A stretch of 62,390 nucleotides of DNA, counting the filler. It is 10 parts of 10 records of this genome, joined end to end, with 100 filler letters (N's around TTAATTAATTAA, not from the genome) between each part and the next. Parts side by side here need not be neighbours in the genome. Positions count along the whole stretch, not along the records: positions 1 to 3,185 come from SRR9670534_1129; positions 3,286 to 10,191 come from SRR9670534_1133; positions 10,292 to 15,943 come from SRR9670534_1135; 7 more parts are not named here. One strand, written 5' to 3'. The position numbers and the translations under genes were made by a program. The notes beneath the pieces were generated by a model. The model was given only the letters and a program-made list of their open reading frames with translations, was not told the DNA's origin and did not search any database. Below are positions 1 through 13,300 of the stretch, in pieces; position 1 is the first letter of the stretch, and each line of letters opens with the position of its first letter.

Positions 1-1584
1 ATAATAATAATAATAATAATAATACATATTGCTAAATTATTCTCAATAAGATACTTCCTCAGGATATTATATTAATAAGTACTAGAAGTAGTGAAAGGAA
101 TTGCCTTTTGATTACGTTTGAAAGTAAATTTACTTAATTTATTATATTATATATAATAATAATAAGCATTATAAGCATTATTATTATATATAAGTCTTAA
201 TTCGGTATTTTTATTTTCGTCATACATTGTTATTATTAATAAATCTATTAAAAATTTTAATAATATTGTTAATAATAACGAAAATAAAATGTTAATTTAA
301 AATAATGCTTTTTATATATTATTAGAAAACAAATAGATAAACTAAATATAAAAATTACTTTTGTAGGTATACCTTTGTAGGCGCTATTTTGTACTATAGA
401 CTTGCACAACCAGTGTCAGCTTGTATGTATATTCTTATAAGATTATAATAATTTTAATAATAAATAAAAACTACCATATTATTAATAATAAGGGTATAGA
501 AGTATTTACCTAATTTTCTACGACAATTTTGTGTGACTGTGACCTATGGTTATTATTAAGGCTATTGGTATACCATTATTATAATATAATATTATAATAT
601 TAATAACTCAATATTATAATATTATATATAATATTAATAACTCAAGAATATTAAATTTATTAATTTCTCAGTTATTAATAATAAAGAAGTGACTGTGTTG
701 ACTTTAGCATAACAATCAATGATGAGAAACAATGGAAAATTTTTATCAAAAGTTCAAAGTTCACTAAATAGGCATGCTTATCGTTTTATTACATGTAACT
801 GCAGTTATTGCTCATTCGACATGATTGTCTTATGGCAACCATCACTTCCTCATAATTACATATTATACATTAATAATAACATAGTAGGCCTATGTTGTCA
901 TGAGACATATGTGATATTTTCCAACGTGATCATCGTATCTTCTATCAGACAACTTTACTCAGACTTACTAAGCCCAATTAGTAGCTACATAATATCCTTG
1001 TATTAATATTATTAAAAATTAAGTCAAGGTAAGATTTTTTACCGTCTTTTACCCTTTATTATGGGCCTACTTTAAATTCGTAATTTTAGGATTATTCTGT
1101 TTTCTGATCATATGCACATATGTCAATAATATTTGCTAAATATATATTATTTATACGATATTAAAATTATATTATATTTAAATTATAATATTATTAATTA
1201 CGTACAGTACCTATTTGGTGTCATTAGTGTTTCTTTTGTCTTTTAAAACATGTCCTAAAAGCCTTGGGGTGAAATTCCTTTGAGACAATTAAAGCAATTC
1301 CTTCCCAGCTCAAGTTACTGTTGCTAAAAATAGCCATTGCCCCTCATGGGAACTTAACTTATGCTTTTTTACCACAAAGGTAACCTTTCCATATGCTTAT
1401 TAAGAACGCACCTTATTTACATACACCCTTTTCACCCCTTTATGCAATCAATTCATTTAGATACTATAGTATAGTTTGTTGTATAACCTTCATATGTAAT
1501 AATGTATGATAATCCTGCATTGGTTATACACTAATCCAAGACTCGGATTCCTAGTGCCTATGAAATCTGAGTGTGAATTCAGAC

Positions 1585-2179
1585 TGACCATGGGTCAGCA
1601 CAGCATACATTTTAAACAAACTGTAACGCAAAACCATGAATACATAAAGCACATTTGCATGCAAGAATAGGTATTAATAATTATTGTAAAAAAATTGTAC
1701 TAAAATTTTTACTGAAAAAACCTAGGTTTGAATTATTGTATGCAATATAATACCTTAATTATTAATAATACTGTCCTACTGATTTTTAAATCATGATTGG
1801 TCAACAAGAGAAATATTTTTTGTGAAATTGTATTTTTATAAATATAATAATAATAAAAATAATTGTATCTTTATTAATTAATACATAATTATAAATTAGT
1901 TTTAACTGCTCGACTAGCGAGATTGTAAAATGACAAAGTCAACCTTGTCCATGCAAAGTCAGCTGTTTGGTAGTTATTATTAGAAGGTTAGGAATGACCA
2001 GTGGTCATAAGTGCCTTCATTATTGATCCTAGCTATATTATGTAATAGGGTAGTTGCATTTATACTTGTATTGATTTGACCCAAGGTCATATTAGCTAGA
2101 GATAGCCATTGGTTATTCATTCAATTTTAAGGTGAGTGCTGGGTCATTCTTCATCACCATGCTGAGGTTTAAAAGGTCA
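1585..2179. promoter_or_regulatory. Cluster of nuclear-receptor half-site elements upstream of the TR gene
   Basis: TGACCATGGGTCA 1585-1597, TGACCAGTGGTCA 1995-2007 and TGACCCAAGGTCA 2077-2089 are everted repeats with a 1-nt spacer. AGGTGA-n5-GGGTCA lies at 2130-2146 and AGGTTT-n3-AGGTCA at 2165-2179. Confidence 0.45.
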
Positions 2180-2258
2180 TTTATTTTCACTATAAATGCT
2201 CGTAGTTGTTGCCTATATATGATTAGACAGTTTGTTTCCCTAAAGTGTCTAGGAAAGG

Positions 2259-2813
2259 ATGGAAGAATCTTATTATTCTAGAACTTCATCTAATGAGTCT
2301 CCTCCAGTTGAGGAACTGATGAGTAAAGCATCAGTATCTTCGCCACAACAATTTGGTCGAAGAGGTTCTGGTTCTTCCACTGACTCTTCGAGAATAGTCT
2401 CTTCGGATTATTCAGTCACACCAGATTCAAATGAAGAAACTAATAGTAGCTCTGGAAATGATAACGTTGATGGAACAAAAAGTATTTTTGATAGCGATAT
2501 CAAAATTATACTGCCATTATGCTATTATCATTAGCCCTATTTTTTAATTATGAATCATAATTTTTGATTATGAAAATTAAACACGAAACTTAGTAAACAT
2601 AAGATATAAAAATTAATGCATGAAAATTATAATTTAAAATTATAAGGTTTTTTGCCTTTGGCAGCTCACTGTTATTAAAATATAATATTAATTTTAGGAA
2701 CTCCATACATTCCATCCTATATGGATTTGTCCAATGGACCTGAGCCCTGTGTTGTATGTGGTGATGCTGCGACAGGATTCCATTACCGATGCATGACTTG
2801 TGAAGGCTGTAAG
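2259..2813 (+). CDS. THR: Thyroid hormone receptor (NR1A), first two coding exons; gene runs off the contig
   Basis: Exons 2259-2481 and 2698-2813 join in phase across a GT..AG intron. The second exon reads [39 protein letters not shown]: the TR-specific YIPSY motif plus the first C4 finger with a CEGCK P-box. Confidence 0.88.
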
Positions 2814-3185
2814 GTAAGAAGATTACATTAATTAATAACACTTTTTTGTTCACGTCCATGGTACCTCGTTATCGATATACTTTGTGAGGGTGGGTAGTGA
2901 AGAGTATTATTTGGGATTTGGGGTCACAGAAGGGACATGCAAGCATAATTTCTGCTCTCCATAGGTCTGTCCGACAGAGACAGCTAGCAAATTGGCCTTG
3001 TCATCACTTACTACTATTTGGTGTGACATGATATCATTTGCGAATTGATGCAGCTGCTGTTACGTAATGAAAATCTATATGCCATTAGTAATTGATTGAG
3101 GTTATGTCCTTTTGGCCAAAGGTGAAATTCTTTTCACAACCTTACAGTGATGCTGCAGCATGCTGCTCCTCATTACTTCAAGTCA

Positions 3186-3285
3186 NNNNNNNNNNNNNNN
3201 NNNNNNNNNNNNNNNNNNNNNNNNNNNNNTTAATTAATTAANNNNNNNNNNNNNNNNNNNNNNNNNNNNNNNNNNNNNNNNNNNN
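3186..3285. other. Artificial contig linker N44-TTAATTAATTAA-N44; also at 10192-10291, 15944-16043, 20098-20197, 24888-24987, 32101-32200, 36625-36724, 41757-41856 and 55645-55744
   Basis: The same 100-nt spacer with stops in all six frames occurs nine times. Confidence 0.99.
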
Positions 3286-3335
3286 AAATAAAAAAAATAA
3301 TAGAGCCTGGGAACTTTAATTGAGTAAATATGGTA
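3286..3335 (-). mobile_element. Degenerate pogo/Tc2-like transposon terminus at contig start
   Basis: Reverse complement reads TA-CCATATTTACTCAATTAAAG, similar to the termini at 20225-20252 and 62365-62390. Confidence 0.45.
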
Positions 3336-4076
3336 ATTTCTTATTAACAATAATAATTATTATTTATATTAAGTTTTTGTATTTTAGTACTATTATCTAT
3401 TACAATTTTGTTCAAAATTTTCAATAAATGCTTCAATAATACATATAAAATATTTTATTTGGTTTATAGTAAGTAACTTAGTTTTGTTAATTTATTATAA
3501 AGGCTTTTTATTATGCTGTGTTATTTCATTTCTTTTTAGAGTTTTAATTGCAATACTTTACTTTTTACTTTTTTACTTTTGGGGCTATTTTTAATTTTTC
3601 ATATAAATTCTGTAATTCTGAAATTCTATATGGTTATAAAATACATATAAGTTATGCTCCATGCAAAAGTTTGCAGGGTTGCATCATATGTACATACTGT
3701 ACTTATTAGGTAAGTAGGTAAATGAAGGTAGACTAATATCTTAACAACATGTTGCCAACAACGTACAATGTATGTATGTATGTACATATTTAATAATATG
3801 TATGTAATTATTAATTAATAGGTACTTATTAGGTATGCATGCAACAACGTACTGGTATGTAGGTATTTATTGGATATCATAGGGTACATACATTGTATAC
3901 CTACTATGTATGTATTACCTATCCAACCATATACTGTTATGTACTATACTGGTATACTGGTATGTACCCTAACAACAATGGGTATGATATGTACATAAAG
4001 TAACGACAAAGCTTTTTCATATTGTGTCTGCTTACAATAGCCTGTTATTGTCTGCTGATACCTAAAGTCCGTCGAG

Positions 4077-5218
4077 ATGTCAGTCAAAGCTCAGATTGGG
4101 AAACCTGCACCTGATTTTGATACCGTAGCGGTTGAGAATGGTGAATTTAAAAATATTAATCTGACCAGATATAAAGGAAAATACGTGGTCCTATTCTTTT
4201 ATCCACTGGATTTGTAAGTAGCCAAATCATTGTCATAATTTGTAGAAGTAGGTCCTACCAGTCAGTATTTATTAGGATAATTTCTCAAATGTTTGTCTAT
4301 TTAGCACTTTCGTTTGTCCAACTGAAATAATCGCATATAGTGATCGTGTGGAGGAATTTAGAAAGATTGGGTGTGAAGTTGTTGCAGCTTCTACTGATAG
4401 CCAGTTTTCGCATTTGGCATGGTAATAAGTTGCGCTTGCGTTTTTATACATAATATGTATGATACATACATACAAAATTTATTTACCTACGGTAACTGTA
4501 GAAACTTTCTACTAGAAAGCAATAAAATTAAAATTACCTTATATCTATGCATTCTTTCCAAAGGGTTCTTTGCATAAAATGGCGTTTCAATGTTCATGCA
4601 CATTGAAATGCGTAAAACGCAAAGAAGGTCAATTTATTGTAATACGACATAGGTAGGTAATCATTATGCATAAGTAGTACTTATTACCTAAGCACTGTAT
4701 GCATATGTACCGATGTATATCGTTGCAATGTATGTAGGATCAACACTCCTAGAAAACAGGGTGGATTAGGGCCTATGAATATCCCTATTTTGGCTGATCC
4801 CAATCATACGGTTTCTAAATCATATGGCGTCTTGAAGGAAGATGAAGGCATTGATTATAGGTACCGTGTGGATTTTTATTAAATTCCTACTTTATGTACA
4901 ATTAAAAGGATGCTATGATCATTCAATGTAACTCACAGTCATAGGAATATCTAGGAGTCTTTTTTGTACTTTGTCTCTCAGCAACTGCTTATCTTTTGTA
5001 GAGGCTTATTTATCATTGACGGCAAGGGCATTTTACGTCAAATAACGATAAATGATTTACCTGTTGGCAGATCAGTTGATGAAACGTTGCGTTTGGTTCA
5101 GGCGTTTCAATTTACGGATAAGTATGGGGAGGTTTGTCCAGCTAATTGGAAGCCTGGTGGTGATACCATGAAACCTGATCCATCTGGAAGCAAGAAATAC
5201 TTTGAGAAGGTTAATTGA
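4077..5218 (+). CDS. PRDX1/2: Typical 2-Cys peroxiredoxin (PRDX1/2 type), 4 exons
   Basis: Exons 4077-4213, 4305-4421, 4738-4860 and 5002-5218 encode [26 protein letters not shown] and a C-terminal YF motif. Confidence 0.96.
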
Positions 5219-7766
5219 AATTAGATTACGTTTGTCTTTATGTAACCCTTTGGCTACTATTATTTTCATCGTAGGTTGTAGTTTTTCTTAATTATTATAA
5301 TAATGTGTAATACATTTAAGTACCCGGATAAGGTTAATGTTTAAGAAATACTATGTTTATCGTTTCTCTTGAGATCTTTTTGCTACAATATTGCCATTAA
5401 TAACATGTTATTAATTTTTGTTGTCACAGTAACATCATGTTACTAACATGTGTTACTTATAAAATGAATGATCAATTATGAATTATTCTCTGTGATCTAT
5501 GCTATTATTATACGTGTGATTACTTTCAAAAATAGGCAATAAAGCTAGGTGTTTTAGATGTATAAAAGTTTCGAAAATCAAGTTCGAAAAAGAAAGGGTA
5601 TTTTAAACGCAATATAAAATTTTGCTTTACAAAGCGCTTGTATCTTAAGGTGATGAATCAGTAAATGAAGGTGATTGTAAGAAGATGAAATAACAAATGA
5701 TTGGAATGATTCATAGACGTAACATTACAGGAATTCTTTAGTTTAGCGTAATAGGTAAAGAAGAAGTGATCTGATAAAAACAACCACATGATTCTGTATA
5801 TCAGCTCATTGTTATTAGACTACCTAGCAGTGTTAGTCTGGTCATAAGGTTAGTTTGTGTAACTGCTTGGTATCGTGATTATTATTAATAATAGTAGTAA
5901 TAGTAATACCGCGTTTTGGTAACAGTAAAGGTCGAACGAAATGAAGATTCTTCGGGAAGTGTGTTCTCATAGACTCTGTACAATAGTTCACTTATATCAA
6001 TGTGTGTTCTTGAGGCGACATCTTTTTACATACCGATAAGTTTTGGTTTCTTGTTCACGCCCCTTTTTTCGTCTAAATAAATCGAGTCGAGCAAATAATC
6101 TGAATGATCTGAATCAGATCGGCCTTACTATTACGCCACATAGCAACGTCTTATACGGGTTGTTATGATTATTATTTACCATGGTCTATCGTTTAAAAAA
6201 ACATGGACGAGTACACCCTGATACAGTCACTGTATATTATCATGAACCATGATTCATGGTGCCACCATTGGTGCCAATACCATGTGACAGAAGTCTACAA
6301 CCAAGAATCTTGGTCCAAGATGATTGTTCCGAACAATTTGTTCGCTTGATTGCCAGTCACTGCCAGTGGTCAGTGCTACGTGCTTTTCATTATTAATAAT
6401 TGCACCGTGATGTTTTTGGTGCTTACAATATTATGGTGCTTATACTATGTATAATAATAAGCAACCTATTCAACTTGACAATAATTGTTGTCTAATAGAT
6501 GCTCTGTTGCTTATGGTGTACATGTACTGGTGCCAATTATAAATGGAATTATGTAATACAATATATTAGTGTAGTGAAGCTACCGTGACAGCTAGCATCA
6601 CTCCAGATACATTTAATAACTATTAGGATATTTATTAATTATTACTTTTAAAAGGATAATTATAAAAGTATAATTATAAGGCTATTGATATGTAATCTTA
6701 CGGTTTATCATTTGAACCATTTGCAATGTCTTTCTTCTGGTAGGTGCCATACAGTCATTCTTCGTCTGTTCTGACCATAGATAACAAAGAGGAATTTGTT
6801 ATGTATGCTTCTGACAACGAGTAGGTATGTAGAATGTAAATCCTTTCCAATAAATAAATATTATGTTATGCAAAGTCATAGTGAATTCATCATAACCATC
6901 ATGGCCAATGTAAGCTTTGCAGCATAGTTTCAACTGGTCATGATGACTTTATCTATTATTATTATTATTTCCAAATACGCTTCGATCCTTATTATAAAGG
7001 CACCATAGTTCATTAATAATAAATCATATGCTCAAACTGTGCAGCGCGATTGTTTTGCAACAAATTTTTGAAATGATTAAGTTGACTTCCAGTTTTCCGA
7101 TACCAACTTGTTGCTATCATAATTATAGTCTCCTAATTAATACGGAATAATTAATTCTAGCGTGAACTGCCTAGTACACGAATAGGTCCTTAAAGGACCG
7201 TCCTTTGTAGAATTTGCCATTTAGTGTATGCCAAGTTGGCATTTCCAAAGACAAAAGAGAATTTGCGAGTACGCTACCTTCCCAAAACTTTATTCTAGAC
7301 AAATGGTCTATGCAAAGTCAATATTGTACACAAATACTACCTACAAATATAATCTTACATTTAGATGAGCAATAATTTTTACTAAAAATGATATTTATTA
7401 GTAATAATAATAATAACGAATATATAACATCGCAATTGCACTAATGAAAACATAACAATGATTATTAAATATTATTATTAATAATTAAATTATAAATAAC
7501 AAAAAGTTTTAATCCAATTACATGTGTTGGAATAAAAAAATTAAATACATATTACATGCACAATGACGTATTACTATTACCATGTAGCAACTTATTATTA
7601 TTAATACCCTACTGTCCATTACATTGTCCAATTTATATGCAATGTATATCTCTGGTACAAGTACTACTACCGTAGCGGATTCACTGCCCAAGACAAAATG
7701 TAAAACTTTTTTAATCAATGTACGCTAATTATTAACGGTAATAGCAAATGCCAAGTCCCATATACA

Positions 7767-9695
7767 TCAGTCCAATGTTCTGTTGTGTTCCTTAGGCATA
7801 TGTTTCCTCAACTCTCCTCGGGTAAGAAATCCCCTATGACAGCCTGAGACTGAACACTTAAAAGGAAACTCCTTTGTATGCATTACCATGTGCCTATCCA
7901 ACATGATATGGTCGGCAGTGTTCTTGCCACAGATTTTGCACTTAAACTTTTCATCAAAGACATCATGCACACCACGAAAATGTCCCCATAAAGTCGACCT
8001 ACTGGAATAAACTTTATCGCAAAAATAGCAATGCTTCGTGTCCGTAACCCAATCGGGAAGGTTATATCTATCCGTACATCCTTTGGGCAACTTGACATTC
8101 TCTGAGGGCCTTGCTGGACTTGCCTTTATGGGACTTTTACTTTTGGGTGAAGTTGAAATCTTTGGCTTTTTCTTCATTGGTACAGCTGGTTTATGGTCTC
8201 TTTTCTCTACTTTCATTTTACGCTCTTTTCCAGAGCTTTCACTTTCTGATGAAATTCGCATTTTTGATGTTCTTCTCACTGCCTCAAGTGGTTCCTCGTC
8301 TTCATCGTCTAGTTTCATTTTCCTCTTCACAGCCTTAGTAGCAGACGACGGCAAAGGCACCACTTCACAGCCATTAGATTTACCCTTCTTCGTAATCACT
8401 GATTCTTTGATAATGTTTTTCGTATTACGAACAGAATGAGCTACTTTTCTATGTTTCTTTAAAGCCTTACGATGGGGAAAAGTTAACTTGCAAATTTGAC
8501 ATGATACAGAGCTGTCACTGTGATCTTCTGCATTATCATTACCGACTGTTTCAGGGTGTATTATAGCGTTTAATGCATCGTTCAGTAAATCGTTCTTCGA
8601 ACGACTCACTATCATCTCAACATCGTTCAAAACTTGTTGAACGAAATTACCTACCTGTGACTCAACAGAATCCGAATGTTTAAAATCACTGTGTTCATAT
8701 GAAAATGTAATGGTTACTGGTTCATCAGAACTTCCTCCATTCTCAGCAACCGGCTGTATGGTTTCATTTGCAGAAAAAGATGGCGGTTCTTTAATCGCCA
8801 TTTGCCATTGCAGATTGACTTCCATTTTATTTGGTTCATTGTTCGTTACAGTTGACCCATGCTTTAACTTCGAAAGACTATTTACATATCCATTTAATTT
8901 TGATACCATACCATACACCCTAAAATAACAGCTAATCCAGTATTACACATTTGCAATGGTATAGAGATGATCTAAACATGATATGCTTATTAATAATTAG
9001 CAATATTAATACCAACATACCAATCAATGACAAACTCGTAAATTGATATTTCTTCATCTAATTGTAAATTTAAACTTAAAATACAAAGTTGTTTTTTCGC
9101 TTCATCGTCTAACTGCCGATAAAATGAAGATTCAAATTTCACAGAATCTATTCCTAAAAACATTATATCCTTTAGTAAAAAATGTTATAACAAGTCTATT
9201 TTTATTAGAAATTTCCTAACCATAAGTCATAGATAACAAAACAAATTTGCTTTATTAATTTGCAATTATCTATCGTTTAAGTATATCTATTGTAAACAAA
9301 AGTGGCTGGTATAAAATAGTGCCAGCGCACGCTACAGGATAATGTAGCGCTACTTTGTCCGGAGACGTTCCATCTGTTTATTAAATAGTTATTACATCTT
9401 ATTACATAAGGTAATTTGCATACTTACAAGCTGTGCCTACAAGCTGTATATTTGTAAAAATATGTATTATAAGCTGTGCACAACTTCCACATACTGTGCC
9501 GGTAAGTATTGTATATTGCCGGTAAGTATTGTATATCATTCTACGTTTGGGGTCTAACATATATAGATTAAAATTACTTGATCTAGAAGTAGAACTGATA
9601 TTCTTCAGCAAAACAGAGGGAACTGCTTTTGTAGAACCACCTTTCTTGCTACCACAAAATTTTTCTATCAATCTGTTCTTCAGCGTCTCTTTCAT
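7767..9695 (-). CDS. C2H2 zinc-finger protein (one isolated and three C-terminal fingers), at least 3 exons; start uncertain
   Basis: Fingers CQIC..H..H, CYFC..H..H, CKIC..H..HT and CSVSGC..H are visible, with an HTKEFPFKC linker. Upstream exons at about 9578-9695 and 9021-9153 splice in frame. Confidence 0.8.
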
Positions 9696-10386
9696 GACAT
9701 CTTCAAATTCCAACGCAAGATTGCTTGTCCTAAGTACAGTACCTGTAATTAGGTAGTTCACCAGTTATGGTTAGGCACAGGTATGTTATATGTAGTACAT
9801 ATTATGTACACAAGCTTTTTATTTGTCTATCATTATAATATACCAGAATCATAGAAAAACGTGATACATCGTACATCGTACAATATCATAGTACAAGTAG
9901 TAGGTATCCATGGAGCTAGTATAGATTTCTTCTAGCTCCATGCTATGTATGAATACTAATGTGAAATATGTATGTACTCTTATTTCTACAGTGTAATAAT
10001 ACAATAACAGTACATATATGTATTACATACAATGTGTAATAACAATGTATTCTATGAAAATATATCCTAAATCGTCTTTCCTTTTATTATCTATGTTATT
10101 TATATACATAATTCTATAAACGTAAGTTTGTACTACATATGGTAATATATACTACATACGTACAAGGATATTACACACAGTGTGTAATATCNNNNNNNNN
10201 NNNNNNNNNNNNNNNNNNNNNNNNNNNNNNNNNNNTTAATTAATTAANNNNNNNNNNNNNNNNNNNNNNNNNNNNNNNNNNNNNNNNNNNNAATGCATAA
10301 AAACAGGTTAGCTGTATAACAAAACTATATGAATATATGATAAAAGCAAAACAATGTAGCCAGGCAGCCTCATTTGTTTTCTTTGT

Positions 10387-13300
10387 TCACTCTGCCTGCT
10401 GAAATTCAGATTCGTTGTATTGTGCAGATTCCATTAAATCGTAATTAGCTGAAAAGCGCTTGGTTGCACGAATGAATTTTACAACATTACAAAGACCTTT
10501 TTCAGTGTGTAAAAGATCGAAAATGCCAACGAAACCTTTTGCTGTATATTCAGTTATTAGCTGACATCTTTGGATTTCCCAGCATGGGCAATGAAAGAGG
10601 AAGTGTTCACTTGTTTCTTCCATGTATCCACACTTGCAAGTTTCATCGTCGATGATACCCATGATCCACAGGGAATGCTGTAAAGGACTTTTTGAGGTAA
10701 GTAACATTGTTAATTCAGGAGGGATGCTTTTCACTTTCCAAAACACCATAAAGTCCTGAATACTACCATAGTATTTAGTAGCAAATCGGTTGAGGGTTAA
10801 AGATTTGTAACGTAGGTCCCAAATTGCTGTTGCTTTTGATTGTACTATTCTGAGTTGATTGCCTATAGGGGTGCTCATTTCACATTTGGCGCCATCATTT
10901 GTGGCTGCTTTTGCCAGCAAGTCAGCAGCTTCATTGCCAGCGATACCTTTGTGTGCTGGCAACCAATGGAAGGATATTGGATATGCAATCGCATCGTTTT
11001 GAATTTGCGTCAGCGTAGTACTATTTGATTTCCCCGACTTTATTGCGTAAATTGAACTTTGTGAGTCAGAGTATATAACTAACGGGATTTCGATGTTGCA
11101 TAAACGCTTTGCAGCTTTAATTGCCTTCTGAATTGCAGTGAGCTCTCCTTGAAAAACGCTGTTGTATGTGTTTAGTTTCCACATGCCTGTTGTAACCACT
11201 TGTTCACCTTTGTAGATGATAAAGCCTGATGCAGCAGGACTTCGGTCAAATTTACTGCCATCAGTGAAGGCCGTAAGACAATTTGAGGAATGCTTGGAAG
11301 TTCCCTGAATGAATGCTTCTTTTTCTGGCAGGATGGAGACTGGAATGGTGAGAAGTTTATTCTTTGGTACATCCAGACGCTTTTTTGACTTGGGTTCAAC
11401 ATCTTGGTGGATTGGTAAATTGAAAAGTTCGAATGATTCATAGAGAAAACCAAGATTTCTATCAGAAGCTTGCTCAGCTAACAGGTCAGTTACCATCACT
11501 TTGCCGTCATAAAAACGCTTTATCATTCTGCATCGTATATGTAAGTCAAATGGTATGATATTACATATTGCCATGAGGATATCCCCTGATGCCTTGGAAT
11601 ACCCTCGAGTGGCTATTTTCGCTGCTAGTTTTTGTATTTTTAAAAATTTTTCTAATTTATACTGTTGGTTTAGAGCGTTACACCATGCCAAGAAGCCAAA
11701 TTCCATGATTGGCAATGCTATTGAATGGTAAATTTGAAGAACAGCCGCACTTTTCAGACCCTAAGTTCGGTAAGCAACTTTTTTTGATGCCATTACTGCT
11801 TTAATTGCCTTATTGCAGGAGTATTCGAAATGTTGTGACCAATTTAGGCTTTTGTCGAAAATCACACCAAGAAATTTGATGGAATCTGTGAGTTGAATGG
11901 TAACCCCATCAAGAACTAAGGCAGGATAACCGATGGTATCCCAGTGCTGGCGGGTAATAACCATAGCTTCAGTTTTCTTTGGATTTATAACAAGCTTATT
12001 ATTAATTGCCCATTTAGAGAGAATGGAAAGGTTGGAATTGGCATCATACAAGCAGAAGATTGGCAGAGAGCTTTCGCACAGCATGACTGAATCATCAGCA
12101 TATCCCACCAAGTCTGCATTGGTAAGTTCACTTTCTAACCGTAGCATAGGATCGATTACAAGCTTCCATAAAAAAGGGCTATGAAGCGCTCCTTGGGATG
12201 CTCCTAACCCTTCTAAATTCTTTGAAAATTCGGCATAGTTGTACTTCAATGTAATTGATCGATTCTGTAGAAATTGTTGATAGTACTGTAAGTAACTAAT
12301 AGGACAGCATTTGTCAATCAATCGATCAAGTATAATATCATGATGAGGGCTATCGAATGCACCTTGAAAGTCCAATGAAATCATCAGAACCGCTTTCTTG
12401 TTGTATAACGCTTTTTCAGTTTTTGTAGAAATGGCCTGGAGAGCGTCATCGATTCCTGTATTGCGCATGAACCCAAACTGTCTATCACTAAACCATTTAT
12501 CTCTGGTGGCAATAAATTCCATTCTGGTAAGAACAACTGTATCGAAAAGTTTACTAATGTTACTTAATAAACTAATGGGACGATATGAATTAACGAGCAA
12601 GTAATTGCTTTTTCCTGCTTTAGGGATAACAATGACCAGAGCATTCTTCCATTGCTGCAAATATTGACCCGCCTGCAGAAGGTAATTGAAAAACTTTGTT
12701 AACTAGTCCAGAACCGACTCAGGACACTTTTTAATTGCTATGTTTGATATTGCATCCAATCCAGGAGCAGAGTAGTCCCCTTTTTCCTTGAGAGCCATCA
12801 ATATTTCTTCCTTCGTTATAGGTTCGACTTCTTCCAGGAATTTAGCTACATTAGCTGTTGGTATAACATCGATATTGATGCATTCTTCAAAAAGATGTCG
12901 CAGTTGTTTACGGCAAATTATTAGAACCGTTTTTGGAAGTTTGCATGTTAAAAAACATCTCTGAAGAAGTTCGTCAAGTGAATCAGTGGAATGTGATCTT
13001 GTGCTCAGTACTTTGTGGCAGCAGATCGTAGACAAAGATTCCAAACCAGACTTCTGTTGATGTGAACTTGTAGAAATTAAACTAGCCTCGATTCTTTGTT
13101 CAATATGTGTTATTTTTTTAGGTAACACCTGAGGAATGGACATGCCTGTTGGAAAAAATTTTGAAGCAAATTCTTCAGCGATATCCTTGTCAGCATAGAG
13201 AATATTCCCACCAGAATCCTGGATTTCCGCGTTCATGACAGCATCAACATTGAAAATTTTCTTGAAAAAATTTGGAAAGACATTGTCACATAAGGAGCAG

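Noticed and set aside
719-1006. 95-aa ORF and similar short AT-rich ORFs (7518, 38708, 38799, 50333, 54702-55460, 61341)
   Set aside because: Composition reflects AT-rich non-coding DNA and there are no motifs.
3186-3285. Recurrent TTAATTAATTAA as a biological repeat or CRISPR-like array
   Set aside because: It is a six-frame-stop assembly spacer embedded in Ns.
5650-7330. Possible small minus-strand exons or a decayed gene between PRDX and the zinc-finger gene
   Set aside because: Some splice-like signals are present, but I could not build a consistent frame or recognise a domain.
8038-8439. Antisense ORFs over real genes (also 22468, 28379, 31800, 34477, 47085, 47952)
   Set aside because: They are shadow frames of well-supported genes on the opposite strand.
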